This document shows, piece after piece, positions 33,504 to 43,709 of a stretch of DNA of 64,000 bases (positions within the stretch are counted from its first letter, which is position 1; each line of letters opens with the position of its first letter). This DNA is from Vicinamibacterales bacterium (GTDB lineage: Bacteria; Acidobacteriota; Vicinamibacteria; Vicinamibacterales; UBA8438): assembly GCA_965208165.1 (NCBI GenBank), contig OZ242323.1:1364078-1428077 (forward strand), given 5' to 3'. The notes below the pieces were generated by a model. That model did no database searches. It was not told the DNA's origin and worked only from the letters and a program-made list of their open reading frames with translations. The position numbers and the translations under genes are program-made.

Positions 33504-36134
33504 CTACCGCGACGGGTAGCCCCCCACCCAGACCGGGCTCGACCACGCCATCGCGTCGTTCACCTGCCGCACCCGCACGTAGTAGTAGTCGCCCTGCCGC
33601 GGGGTGTCCTCGTCGGTGTAGTCGAAGCTGACGTCGCGGGGGCCGTTGCGGATGAGGCGGCGCAGGGTGACGCGGTCGTCGGGGTAGTCGTCGATGGGCA
33701 TCGCGCGGGAGATGCCGCCGGCGTTGAGGGTCATCCGCACCCGGCTGGCGGGGATGACCGCGCGGGGCCGGTAGAAGGGCGGCGCCGAGCCGGTCTCGGT
33801 GGTCTCCTCGAGGTCGACGGTGACGGCCACGCTGGGGCGGATGCCCGACAGCGTGAGCCGCAGCGAGCTGCTGTCGCCGCGGGTGTGGGTGGCGAAGCGG
33901 GCGCCGTTGCCGGTCCGATCGAGGAACTGGGTGGTCGGGTTGACGAAGTCGGTGGCCGCGACCGCGACGACGTTGGCCCCCGTCACCCGCACCTCGCCTC
34001 GCCAGTGGCGCCAGCCCCTCGGGGCGTCGCCGGGATGGACGGGGGTCTCGCCGGACGAGAACGACAGCAGCCACTGCTCGGTGTCGGCGGGCCGGCCGCG
34101 GCCCACCGCGTACTCCTCGCTCCAGATGACCTCGTCGTTCTTCAGCAGTTCGACCGACCGGATGGGCGCGGTGCCGACGACCCGGCCCTCGACCTCGCGG
34201 ACGTCCGCGTACCCGGCCTCCTGCCCCATCGGGGTGCCGTTGACGGTGACGTCGAGGATGATGCGGTCGCCGGTCGTCGCATAGGTGCGCCGCTGCTTCA
34301 TGGCGTCGAAGATGGCGTCGCGCGAGCGCTCGGGGGCCATCACCGCGCCGAGGCCGCCGCGCTGGGCCAGCGAGTCGCGGTTGGGGGCGGAGTAGCCGGG
34401 GTGCGACAGGTGGTCGTCGGACGCGGCGATGAGCCCCACGCGGTGGCCGTGCGACAGGTACTGCCGGACGAACCAGTTGAAGGTGCCGTGCATCGACATC
34501 ATCTCGATGAGCGGCTCGAGCTGCGGGTCCGACTGGCGGTAGTCGCCGGGGTTGTGGGCGTGGGGGATGACGAGGACGTCGTCGGGGTCGTAGCGCGCGT
34601 GCAGGCCCTGGTAGAGCTCGGACAGGGTCGGGTACTCGACGGCGGACACCGGGGTGCGGTCGACGGTGTTCCGGTAGAGCACGTTGTGGTGACCGCCGAA
34701 CCGGGCCGGCCGCGTCCACTCCCAGCCGAGGTAGGGGATGAACCGGCCCGGGTCGTCGAACGCCTCGACCGCGCTCTTCGACAGCTCCCACTCGGCGTCG
34801 TCGAGCCAGACGTCGTGCTCGGAGTGGGTGACGAAGTCGAGCCGGGCGTCGTCGCGCGCGAAGGTCATGAAGAAGTCGATGGTGCCGATGCCCTCGGCGT
34901 AGCCCGAGTGGCCGTGGGTGTCGCCCCAGAAGATGCGCCGCTCGGGGTCCTCGACGACGAGGACCGGGTTGGCGTCGCCGGTGATCTCCCGGTCCTCGGA
35001 GCGGAGGGTGATCCAGTGCGGTCCCGGCTCGTCCAGCGTCAGCGGCACCACGGTGATGGCCTCCGTGCCGGCGGGGGTGGTGGCGCGCACGTCGCCGTCG
35101 ACCAGCACCTCGAAGGCGGGGATGTCGCCGGTGGCGCGGTTGAAGAACGCGTCCTCGGCCCGCACCGACAGCTCGAACGGCTCGCCCGGCTCGACGATGC
35201 TGGGGGCGAAGCCGTGCACGCCGGCCACCCGCGTGCCGCTGACGACGAAGGGCAGGATGGGCAGCGGCCGCCACTCGCCCGACGCGTCGAGGTCGACGTA
35301 GAGGGGCAGGGGCATGCGCGCGCTCGACGTGCCGGTCATGAGCAGCCCCGGGCCGCCGCCGCTGGTGTCGCCGTAGGTGATGGTGACCGTCTCGCCGGGG
35401 TCGAGCCGGCCCGAGGCGAGCCGGAAGACGAGGGCGGGCTCGGGCGCCCGGAACCCGCCGTGGGGGCCGCGCGCCATGTACACGTCGGGCTGGAACTCGG
35501 CGTCGCCGTCGCTGGTGGCGATGGTCACGTACCCCTCGCCGGCGGGGTCGTCGGTCTGGAAGGGGCCGTAGTTCATGTTGAAGTGCCGGGCCACCCAGAA
35601 GCCGCCGCCGGTCTCCACCGCGCGCGTTCCCGCCGTCCACGTCTGGCGGATGGTCTGGTGGCTGCGCGCCTCGAACGGGCCGAGCGACTCGGCCGCGAGC
35701 TCGCCGAGGGCGCCGGGCTCGTCGTGCAGGGTGAACTGGCGGACGAGCCGGTCGATGACGGCGCCCTGGTTCAGGGCCGCCTGGCCCCTCGGGGGCAGGG
35801 TCGCCTGCAGCCGCACGCGCGGGCCCTCCAGCCCGACCTCGCCGCCGCCGAGGGCGTAGGCGTCGACCCACTCGTCGAGGATGCGCGCGCGCTCGGCGAT
35901 GGTCGTCTCGTCGGTCGGGCTCGCCGCGACGTCGGCCTTGAGCTGCTCGACGGCGGTGCGGAGGGCCGGCGACAGGTAGTCGTCGCCGGCGCCGTCGCCG
36001 CCCGGCGCCCCGCAGGCGGCGGCCCAGCCGGCCAGCGCGAGGGCGGGAATCAAGCGAGGAATGGGGCGTGTCGTGGCTACGGATCGGCTGCGTGCTGCTC
36101 CGCGTCGTTCTCGGTCCGCTCTCCAGTCTGTCAT
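33504..36134 (-). CDS. DUF3604-domain protein (large secreted metal-dependent hydrolase-like), probable lipoprotein
   Basis: FWGDTHGHSGYAEG...THSEHD...PHAHNPGD blocks are typical of DUF3604; lipobox-like ALAGWAAAC. Start uncertain: ATT or TTG candidates lie nearer the signal. Confidence 0.7.
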   Translation of the reverse strand: MTDWRADRERRGAARSRSVATTRPIPRLIPALALAGWAAACGAPGGDGAGDDYLSPALRTAVEQLKADVAASPTDETTIAERARILDEWVDAYALGGGEVGLEGPRVRLQATLPPRGQAALNQGAVIDRLVRQFTLHDEPGALGELAAESLGPFEARSHQTIRQTWTAGTRAVETGGGFWVARHFNMNYGPFQTDDPAGEGYVTIATSDGDAEFQPDVYMARGPHGGFRAPEPALVFRLASGRLDPGETVTITYGDTSGGGPGLLMTGTSSARMPLPLYVDLDASGEWRPLPILPFVVSGTRVAGVHGFAPSIVEPGEPFELSVRAEDAFFNRATGDIPAFEVLVDGDVRATTPAGTEAITVVPLTLDEPGPHWITLRSEDREITGDANPVLVVEDPERRIFWGDTHGHSGYAEGIGTIDFFMTFARDDARLDFVTHSEHDVWLDDAEWELSKSAVEAFDDPGRFIPYLGWEWTRPARFGGHHNVLYRNTVDRTPVSAVEYPTLSELYQGLHARYDPDDVLVIPHAHNPGDYRQSDPQLEPLIEMMSMHGTFNWFVRQYLSHGHRVGLIAASDDHLSHPGYSAPNRDSLAQRGGLGAVMAPERSRDAIFDAMKQRRTYATTGDRIILDVTVNGTPMGQEAGYADVREVEGRVVGTAPIRSVELLKNDEVIWSEEYAVGRGRPADTEQWLLSFSSGETPVHPGDAPRGWRHWRGEVRVTGANVVAVAATDFVNPTTQFLDRTGNGARFATHTRGDSSSLRLTLSGIRPSVAVTVDLEETTETGSAPPFYRPRAVIPASRVRMTLNAGGISRAMPIDDYPDDRVTLRRLIRNGPRDVSFDYTDEDTPRQGDYYYVRVRQVNDAMAWSSPVWVGGYPSR

Positions 36135-36241
36135 CGACGTATCCAGCTTCCTCCGCCATGACGGCGCCACCAGAAGCGCCGCAGCCGGCATGTTCCGACG
36201 GCCCGGGAGCCCGCGGGGAGAGCTCCGCCCTCCGCCGCGTG

Positions 36242-37051
36242 ATGACGATGGACGCGCGGCTGTCCGCCGCCGTCGCCCAGCCGCGCGTCTCCTCGCTCTT
36301 CGTCGGCTTCTTCGCCGCCCTCGCGGTGATCCTCGCGGCGACGGGCCTCTACGGGCTGCTCAGCTACACCGTGTCGCAGCGGCGGCGGGAGATCGGCGTC
36401 CGCAGGACCGCCGCCGTCGCGAGGAGGCCGAGGGCCCCGCCGCCCGCGCTCAGCACCACACTCTCGGTCAGGAGCTGGCGGACGATGCGCCCGCGGGCCG
36501 CGCCCAGCGCGCCCCGCACCGCCAGCTCGCGCTGCCGCGCGATGCCGCGGGCGAGGAAGCAGGCCGGCTACGTTGACGCAGGCAATCAGCAGCACCAGCC
36601 CCGTCGCCGCGCTGAGCACCAGCAGCGCCGGCCGGTGGTCGCGGACCATCTCCTCCTGCAGCGGGACCACGCGCCCCACGAAGGCGGGGGCCGCGTTCGC
36701 TGCCCGCCCCGCGCCCGGCGCCGCGCCACCGATGTCCGGCTGCCGCAGTATCGCATCGACCTCGGCCGCGGCCTGCGCCGGCGACACGCCGGGCCCGAGG
36801 CGCCCGAGGGCCGAGAAGGCGAACGAGACCGTGAGCGTGCGGCCTCCGGCATTCTCGACCGGGGCGGAGGGCTGCATCACCATGGGGGTCCAGAGCTCGT
36901 CCTCGGGGCCGGGGAACGCGAACCCCTCGGCGAGCACCCCCACCACCGTGTACGGCTCGCCGTCGAGCTCGATCGGCGCCCCGGCGATGTCCGGATCGGC
37001 CGCGAAGCGGGTGGTCCACGCGCGGAAGCTCAGCAGCGGTTGGTGAGCCAC
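36242..37051 (-). pseudogene. remnants of an FtsX/MacB-type (ADOP-like) ABC permease: 5'-truncated, frameshifted, with an inverted 3' segment
   Basis: Minus strand 36421..37051 encodes the periplasmic domain plus TM2 (..GEPYTVVGVLAEGF...[12 protein letters not shown] / [41 protein letters not shown]), with a frameshift near 36550. The plus strand 36242..36404 encodes the pre-TM4 block [51 protein letters not shown] in the opposite orientation. No TM4 follows. Confidence 0.5.
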
Positions 37052-37127
37052 CCGATCGATTCGGGCTGGGCGGAGCGGCCGGCGTCGGACTGCGGCGCGG
37101 ACTCGCCGGCGCGAACACCCCGTGCGG

Positions 37128-37874
37128 TCAGTCCTGCAGCTCGAACAGGATCGCGCGCGGCGCGCCCTCGAGCACCTCGACCCGGTGCGCGCGGCCGGCC
37201 GGCCAGTAGTCGACGTCCTTGTAGGCGTAGGTCCGGTCTTCCCCGGCGCCGTCCTCGTCGATCGACCGGAGGGAGCCGCCTTCGAGAAAGACCACGGCGG
37301 TATCGGTCTCGTGGACGTGGAGCGGCAGGTCCTGCCCCTCGGTCAACGGGACGTCCCACACCTTCACGCGCGCGTGGTCCAGCATCAGGGTGGCCCCGTC
37401 CATCGGAACCGCGGGCGGGAGGTCGATCCGGGCCGCCGGCGCCGGCGGCGGATCGTCCTTCAGGTCGATCATGATCGAGTGCCGCTCGGGCTGCCCGATG
37501 CCTTCCTCCTTGTGGGTCACCCCCTTGGGGAGCAGGAACGTGCTCGGAATCTCGAACGGCGTCTCGCTGACGGTGAATGTACCGTCCGGCCGCGTCACCC
37601 GCAGCGGCCCCCAGCGCAGGAACACGCCGGTCATGTCGTAGCGGTGGCGGTGGTAGGGCTGCGGCAAGCCGTCGAGCCAGAGGACCTCCCACACGATTAC
37701 CCGGTCGTTCTCGAACCGCTTCGTGACCCCCTCGCGCGGATAGGCGTGGGGATAGTCGGGCTCTTCCCCCGCCGGCTGGGCCCGAGCCGGGCTCCCCCCG
37801 GCCGCCAGAAGGCCGGTGATCAGCAAGCCGCCGATCGCCGTGGCGGACCGCCGCGCCTGCATCGCAATCATCAT
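37128..37874 (-). CDS. secreted cupin-domain protein
   Basis: Signal peptide MMIAMQARRSATAIGGLLITGLLAAGG; two cupin-like segments (RVIVWEVLW..., ARVKVWDVPLTEG...HVHETDTAVVFLEGG). Confidence 0.65.
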   Translation of the reverse strand: MMIAMQARRSATAIGGLLITGLLAAGGSPARAQPAGEEPDYPHAYPREGVTKRFENDRVIVWEVLWLDGLPQPYHRHRYDMTGVFLRWGPLRVTRPDGTFTVSETPFEIPSTFLLPKGVTHKEEGIGQPERHSIMIDLKDDPPPAPAARIDLPPAVPMDGATLMLDHARVKVWDVPLTEGQDLPLHVHETDTAVVFLEGGSLRSIDEDGAGEDRTYAYKDVDYWPAGRAHRVEVLEGAPRAILFELQD

Positions 37875-38006
37875 CGCACTCCATTCGTGGATCGACACCA
37901 CCGCCGCCAACCGGGTATCGACCGGCTCCGCTTCGTTCACGGGACCGACACACAGCCCGGCCGCCCCTCGTCGGCAGCCCGCCCTCCGGGGTGCTGTCGA
38001 GTCCCG

Positions 38007-39089
38007 TCAGAACATCGCGATCGGGTTCGCGGGGCTGCCGGTGCCGCGCGCCACGTTGAGCGGCAGCAGCATGAACATGAACTCGTGCCGGCCCTCCTCG
38101 GCGCAGGCGTCGGCGATGGGCTCGAGCCGCGCGTTGTCGAGCAGGGCGACGCCGAAGTTGAAGAGCACCCCGTGGACGGGCCAGGGCAGCCCGTCCGCGC
38201 CCATGCGGGCGTCCATGAGATCCCAGCCCAGCAGCGCCACGTCGTGGTCGCGGATGAACTCGGCGCAGCTCGGGTGCAGGCCGGGGCGCCCCTGGCTGCC
38301 GTCGTCGCCGCTCTGCATGTACGACGCCCAGCCGCTGTGGACGAGGAGGGCGTCGCCCGGCTCGACGGTCACCCCCTGCGCGGCCGCGATCGCCTCGAGC
38401 TCGTCGCCGCGCACGGGACGGTCCGCCGTGACGTGGGGCTCGCCGCGGTGGCGGGGCACGTCGATCAGGACTCCCTTGGTGATGACGCCGCGGTTCCAGT
38501 GGGTGATGTCGCCGAAGTGGGCGCCCTGGGTGGTGATCTCGTCGTCGGGGTCGCGGCCCTGCCACATTCCGTCCTCGTCCCAGATGTGGCAGAGGGCGTC
38601 GATGTGGGTCACGGTCGAGCCGTGGTAGATGAAGCCCAGGTAGTCCATGACGTAGCCGCCGTTCCCGCCGAGCGAGTCCTTGGTGATGAAGTGCTGCGGC
38701 GGCTCGAAGACGCGGCTGAGCGAGACGGTGCGGCCGGTGCGGACGAGGCCGGCGGCGGCGGCGCGCTTCTCGGCGGTGATGAGGTTGATGGCGCCGACCT
38801 GGTCGTCGTCGCCCCAGCGGCCCCAGTTGCGCCGGTCGCGGTACATCGCCGCGTAGTCGGTGTCGGCGGCCTGTCCGGCCCGGACGGCGGGAGAGGCGGG
38901 CGCCGCCGCGGCCGATGCCGCCGCCCGGTTCCGGGCGGCCTGACGGGCGAGGAGCTCCGGGGGAGAGAAGGTCCCGGCGCCGGTGCGGGGGGCGCCCGCC
39001 GGCGAGGCCAGGGCCGAGGCGGGCCGGGCCAGCGCGGCGCTGCCCACGGCCGCCGCGTGCATCAGGAATCGTCGTCGTGATGAAGCCAT
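38007..39089 (-). CDS. cyclase-family protein (kynurenine-formamidase-like), Tat-secreted; intact paralog of the IS-disrupted gene
   Basis: Tat motif SRRRFLMHAAAVG; YHGSTVTHIDALCH (HxGTHxDxPxH-type); GGGAGGA RBS. Confidence 0.85.
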   Translation of the reverse strand: MASSRRRFLMHAAAVGSAALARPASALASPAGAPRTGAGTFSPPELLARQAARNRAAASAAAAPASPAVRAGQAADTDYAAMYRDRRNWGRWGDDDQVGAINLITAEKRAAAAGLVRTGRTVSLSRVFEPPQHFITKDSLGGNGGYVMDYLGFIYHGSTVTHIDALCHIWDEDGMWQGRDPDDEITTQGAHFGDITHWNRGVITKGVLIDVPRHRGEPHVTADRPVRGDELEAIAAAQGVTVEPGDALLVHSGWASYMQSGDDGSQGRPGLHPSCAEFIRDHDVALLGWDLMDARMGADGLPWPVHGVLFNFGVALLDNARLEPIADACAEEGRHEFMFMLLPLNVARGTGSPANPIAMF

Positions 39090-39290
39090 TGCGAGGTCCT
39101 CCCGCGGCCCCGGTCGGGGCATCTCCTGCCGGTTTCCGGCGGTGTCGTCGGTTCGCACGAACGGGATGGATTATAGCGTCAGGCGCCCCGGCCCGTTCCG
39201 CGTCGGGTAAACGGCTGACTGGATTGGACGTATGCTATGTAGCCGCGAGGTCGTGGCGAGATCGGGTTCCGTACTGATGAGGTCGTAAAC

Positions 39291-42200
39291 GTGGGAGCGA
39301 GACGTGTGCGTCGGGTGGGGCCGTCGTGGGCGGTACTGGCAGGCATGGCGCTGGCGGCGGTCCCGGTGTTCGGGCAGCCGGCCCCGGCACCCGTCGGCGG
39401 CCCGCTGCCCGGTACGGTGGCCATCGTCCCGTTCACCAACCTGACGGGCAGTGCGGTCGACGACTGGATGGGCCTGGGCATCGCCGAGGCGCTCGCGGCC
39501 GGGTTCCCGGCGGGGACGGCGGTCGTCGCGCGGCGGGACGGCACCGTTGCGGCCGATGAGGCGGCCGCCGCGCCGGTGTCGGCGGAGGATGCCGCCGGCG
39601 TGGGCCGCGCCCTCGACGTGCCGTTCGTGCTGGTCGGCGCCTATCAGCGGTTCGGCAGTCGGCTCCGCATCACCGCCCGGGTCGTGTCGGTGACCGCCGG
39701 CGGCATCGTCCGTTCCGCCATCGTCGATGGCGGCCCGCACGATCTGTTCGACCTGCAGGACCGCCTGGTGCTCGCGCTGTCGGCGGCCGAGGCGCCCGCC
39801 GGGGGAGCAGGCGCCCCGAGCGAGGGTCCCGCGGCCGGCGCGTCCGCTTCGCCGGTGGGCGCGGCCCCGTTCGCTGGGACCGCACCGTCGGGCGGCGCCG
39901 GCTCGTCCGGGAGGCCGCGACCGGCTCCGGTCCGGCCGCCGGCCCCGCGCGGTCCCGGCGAGGCGTCGACCGTCCCCCGGACGGCGCCATTCGCGGGGGG
40001 GGCGGCCGCGACGCCCGCCGGTCCGGCCGCCGAGGCGGGGACGGTGGCGCCCGGCGGCTTCCTGGCCGGCACTGCCGCGTCGCTCGCATCGCTCATCGAC
40101 GGACCGCCGGCCCCGGTCGCGCCCGAGGTGATGACGCGCGACGAGGAAGGGCGCACCACGGTCCGGGCGATCCGGTTGGCCGAGGGCATCCGCCTCGACG
40201 GGGTGCTCGACGAGGGGGTCTACGAGACCGTCCCCCCGATCACCGGGTTCATCCAGCAGGTGCCCGACATCGGCGCCCCCGCCACCGAGCGGACCGAGGC
40301 GTGGATCCTCTTCGACGAGATCAACGTCTACGTCTCCGCCCGGGTCTGGGACTCGGCCCCCGAGAGTCAGTGGGTCGCCAACGAGATGCGCCGCGACACC
40401 AGCCAGCTCCGCCAGAACGACACGTTCACCGCCTTCTTCGACACCTTCTACGATCGCCGCAACGGCTTCAACTTCTACACGAATCCCCTCGGGGCCCGCG
40501 CCGACCAGCAGTTCACGAACGAGGGCAATCCCAACAGTGACTGGAACCCGGTGTGGGACGTGCGCACCGGCCGCTTCGCCGGGGGCTGGACGGTCGAGAT
40601 GGAGATACCCTTCAAGACCCTCCGCTACCGCTCGGAACCGCCCCACATCTGGGGCATCCAGCTCCGCCGCGCCATCCGCCGCAAGAACGAGTGGGTCTAC
40701 CTGACCCGGCTGCCCATCTCCGCCGGCGGCGGCAGCGGCTCGGCCGGCATCTTCCGGGTCTCGGCGGCGGGGTCGCTGGTCGGCCTCGAGCCGCCCCCGG
40801 CGAGCCGCAACCTCGAGGTGAAGCCGTACGGCATCGGCGGCATCTCCACCGACATGACCGCGGATCCGGTGGTGAGCAACGAGCGGAGCGGCAACGGGGG
40901 CATCGACGTCAAGTACGGCATCACCCAGAACCTGACCGCGGACTTCACCTACAACACCGACTTCGCGCAGGTGGAGGTGGACGAGCGTCAGGTCAACCTG
41001 ACGCGGTTCCCGCTGTTCTTCCCCGAGAAGCGCGAGTTCTTCCTCGAGGGGCGGGGCATCTTCGGCTTCGCGCGCGGCGGCGTCACCGGTCGGTTCGGCG
41101 GGCCGGGGGGCGGTCCGGTGGGCGGGGTGTTCGGCGACGTGAACGTGCCGCAGCTCTTCTACAGCCGGAAGATCGGGCTCGAGCGGGGGCGTGTGGTCCC
41201 CATCGTCGGGGGCGCGCGGGTCACCGGAAAGATGGGACCGTTCGACGTCGGGGCGCTGAACATCCACGCCGGCGACGAGGTGGTCTCGGCCAGCGAGCCG
41301 ACCAACTTCACGGTGGTGCGGCTGCGCCGCGACGTCCTGCGGCGCAGCTCGATCGGTGGGATGTTCACCAACCGTTCCGTGTCGCGGGTGGCCCCGGGGG
41401 AGGCGAGCCAGGCCTACGGCGTCGACGGCACGTTCGCGTTCTTCGAGAACGTCAGCCTCATCAGCTACTTCGCCAAGACCCGGGTTCCGATCCCCGAGTA
41501 CGAGGGCAAGGACACGAGCTACCAGGGCAAGTTCGAGTACGCCGCCGACCGCTACGGCATGCAGGTCGACCACCTGCTGGTCGAGGACAACTTCCTGCCC
41601 GAGGTGGGGTTCCTCCGGCGCGACAACTTCCGGCGCACCTACGTGTCGGGGCGGTTCAGCCCGCGGCCCGCGTCCATCGAGAGCGTGCGTCAGTTCAGCC
41701 TGGAAGGGGCCGTCGACTACATCCTCATGGCCGACGTCACCCAGCTCGAGACGCGCCAGGGCCTCGTGTCGTTCCAGACCGAGTTCGAGTCGAGCGACCT
41801 GCTGACGTTCTCGGCGACCGACAACTACGAGCTGCTGCTGCAGCCGTTCACGCCGCCCGGCGCCGACTTCACGATCCCGGTGGGGGACTACAGCTTCGCC
41901 GACTACCAGGTGGCGTACGCCGTCGGGCAGCAGCGGCGCATCAACGGTCAGGTGGCGCTCCGCCGGGGCGACTACTTCGGGGGCCGGTTGACGAGCCTCG
42001 AGCTGAGCCAGGGGCGCATCGCGGTGCTGCCGCAGATGTCGGTGGAGCCGACGGTGTCGTTCAACTGGATAGACACGCCGTTCGGAAAGTTCCAGTCGAA
42101 CCTGGCGGTCACGCGGGTGAACTACGCGTTCAACCCGCGGATGTTCTTCAGCGGCCTGCTGCAGTACAACTCGGCCGGCAACTCGTTCAGCAGCAACCTG

Positions 42201-42350
42201 CGGCTGCGCTGGGAGTACAGCCCCGGCAGCGAGCTGTTCGTGGTCTACACCGACGACCGCGACGTCACCAACGGCTTCCGCCCCGACCGCGGCCTCGACC
42301 TCCGCAACCGCGGCTTCGTCGTCAAGTTCAACCGCCTGTTCCGGTTCTGA
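39291..42350 (+). CDS. large secreted protein: TolB-N-like / CBM9-like / DUF5916 outer-membrane-type domains
   Basis: Signal peptide; TVAIVPFTNLTGSAVDDWMGLGIAEAL (FlgO/TolB-N-like); Gly/Pro/Ala-rich linker; DUF5916-like barrel region with abundant aromatic-X-aromatic strands and terminal ..FVVKFNRLFRF. Confidence 0.7.
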   Translation: MGARRVRRVGPSWAVLAGMALAAVPVFGQPAPAPVGGPLPGTVAIVPFTNLTGSAVDDWMGLGIAEALAAGFPAGTAVVARRDGTVAADEAAAAPVSAEDAAGVGRALDVPFVLVGAYQRFGSRLRITARVVSVTAGGIVRSAIVDGGPHDLFDLQDRLVLALSAAEAPAGGAGAPSEGPAAGASASPVGAAPFAGTAPSGGAGSSGRPRPAPVRPPAPRGPGEASTVPRTAPFAGGAAATPAGPAAEAGTVAPGGFLAGTAASLASLIDGPPAPVAPEVMTRDEEGRTTVRAIRLAEGIRLDGVLDEGVYETVPPITGFIQQVPDIGAPATERTEAWILFDEINVYVSARVWDSAPESQWVANEMRRDTSQLRQNDTFTAFFDTFYDRRNGFNFYTNPLGARADQQFTNEGNPNSDWNPVWDVRTGRFAGGWTVEMEIPFKTLRYRSEPPHIWGIQLRRAIRRKNEWVYLTRLPISAGGGSGSAGIFRVSAAGSLVGLEPPPASRNLEVKPYGIGGISTDMTADPVVSNERSGNGGIDVKYGITQNLTADFTYNTDFAQVEVDERQVNLTRFPLFFPEKREFFLEGRGIFGFARGGVTGRFGGPGGGPVGGVFGDVNVPQLFYSRKIGLERGRVVPIVGGARVTGKMGPFDVGALNIHAGDEVVSASEPTNFTVVRLRRDVLRRSSIGGMFTNRSVSRVAPGEASQAYGVDGTFAFFENVSLISYFAKTRVPIPEYEGKDTSYQGKFEYAADRYGMQVDHLLVEDNFLPEVGFLRRDNFRRTYVSGRFSPRPASIESVRQFSLEGAVDYILMADVTQLETRQGLVSFQTEFESSDLLTFSATDNYELLLQPFTPPGADFTIPVGDYSFADYQVAYAVGQQRRINGQVALRRGDYFGGRLTSLELSQGRIAVLPQMSVEPTVSFNWIDTPFGKFQSNLAVTRVNYAFNPRMFFSGLLQYNSAGNSFSSNLRLRWEYSPGSELFVVYTDDRDVTNGFRPDRGLDLRNRGFVVKFNRLFRF

Positions 42351-42854
42351 AACGGGTGGCCGCCCGTCCGGCTGGAGGGCGGGCCGGGGCAGGATGACGC
42401 CGCCTGCGGACGCCGGACCGGGCGGCGCGGCGGGGACGCGGTTCCGGATGCGGCCGGGGCCAGCGGGCCGTACTCCACCGGATCGGGTGCCACCAGAGCC
42501 GGAATCAGGACTCTTCACCTTCCCTCGCTCGATGCCCTGTCGACGGGGACACCCTCACGAGCTGGTCGGCTGGGCCGATCGCGCCTGCCGCTTCCTCGAG
42601 GGGAACCGCGGTTACCGTCCCATCATGGCGTCGGTGGGGTTCGGCCGCCCTCGCCCGCGCACGCTGCCGTCGCCGTGCGTGCAGAACCGGCATGCTTTCG
42701 GCCGCCGTTCGGTCCGGGCGCCTCGCCGTTTCGTGCGGCGCGTACCGCGCCAGCACGCCGTTGCGGGGTGTCGAGGCGCGCGAGGCGGCGGACCCCCGGG
42801 GCGGCGGCGGACCCGCTACGCTGGCACGGGTTTCGCTACACAGGCGGTGATACG

Positions 42855-43418
42855 ATGGCGCCCATGGGCGATGTGCAGCCGCCGGTCAGCTACAGCGACC
42901 TGCTGGTCATGCCCGACGACGGGCGCCGGTACGAGATCCACGGGGGAGAGCTCGTCGTGGTCCCGTCGCCGATGCCCGCACACCAGATCGTCGCGGTGGA
43001 GATCCTCACGCTGCTGAACGACTACCGGCGGAGGTCCGGCGGGCTGGCTTTGGTGGCGCCGCTCGACATCGTCTTCGACGAGCACGACGTCGTCCAGCCG
43101 GACGTCGTGTTCTTCCGCGCCGAACGGCGCCGGCTCGTGCAGCCGTTCGCGGTGACGCGGGCGGCGCCGGACATCGCCGTGGAGGTGCTCTCGCCGTCGA
43201 CCGCGGCTGTCGACCGGGGGCGGAAGATGCGGATGTTCGCGCGCTACGGCGTGCCCGAGGTCTGGATCGTCGACCCCGTCGACGAGCAGATCGAAGTGCA
43301 CGTTCTCGCAGACGGTGCGTACCGGCGGGTGCAGACGGCGTCGGCGGGAGACACCGTGCGGTCGGTCTTGCTTCCGGACCTGACTTTCGACGCCGCCCGC
43401 GTCTTCACTTTCGCGTAG
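42855..43418 (+). CDS. Uma2-family (DUF820) putative restriction-endonuclease-like protein
   Basis: ...YEIHGGELVVVPSP...PDVVFFRAERR...APDIAVEVLSPST...D is the canonical Uma2 PD-(D/E)xK pattern. Confidence 0.85.
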   Translation: MAPMGDVQPPVSYSDLLVMPDDGRRYEIHGGELVVVPSPMPAHQIVAVEILTLLNDYRRRSGGLALVAPLDIVFDEHDVVQPDVVFFRAERRRLVQPFAVTRAAPDIAVEVLSPSTAAVDRGRKMRMFARYGVPEVWIVDPVDEQIEVHVLADGAYRRVQTASAGDTVRSVLLPDLTFDAARVFTFA

Positions 43419-43495
43419 CCGGCGCGAACGGCGAATCTGGCTCGAGTTGGTCGTGATCGTCGTCGGCGCGCGGTTCGGGGCACTACATCCAGTCG

Positions 43496-43612
43496 GCCAA
43501 ACCGCCGCATCAGGCTGGTCTTCCCAGTCTGGCGGGAGCACGTCAGCACCACCACCGGCCGCGTCGCCGCCCGCCACAGCAGAAGCGGCTCGATCTGACG
43601 ATCGATCCACAT
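43496..43612 (-). pseudogene. N-terminal 39-aa remnant of an AAA+ ATPase (COG1373; Walker A)
   Basis: MWIDRQIEPLLLWRAATRPVVVLTCSRQTGKTSLMRRFG is the P-loop region, then loses frame; abuts the Uma2 3' end. Confidence 0.4.
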
Positions 43613-43709
43613 CGTGCAAATCCTGCGATGTCATCGAACGATTTGCACGATGTGCGAAACCGGTAGGCTGCATGTGGGGCGAGAGTGTCGCCCCGGGACA
43701 CCGCCGCTG

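Noticed and set aside
42351-42420. GC-rich hairpin after the DUF5916 gene as a terminator
   Set aside because: The stem is short and imperfect and there is no U-tract. Not supportable as a feature.
29929-43612. Hypothesis that the two COG1373 ATPase fragments (29929..30420 and 43496..43612, both minus strand) are halves of one gene split by a 13-kb insertion
   Set aside because: About 45 residues between the Walker-A fragment and the next block are missing. There is no target-site duplication or element boundaries, and the intervening genes have host-like GC and content. Two independent remnants are more likely.
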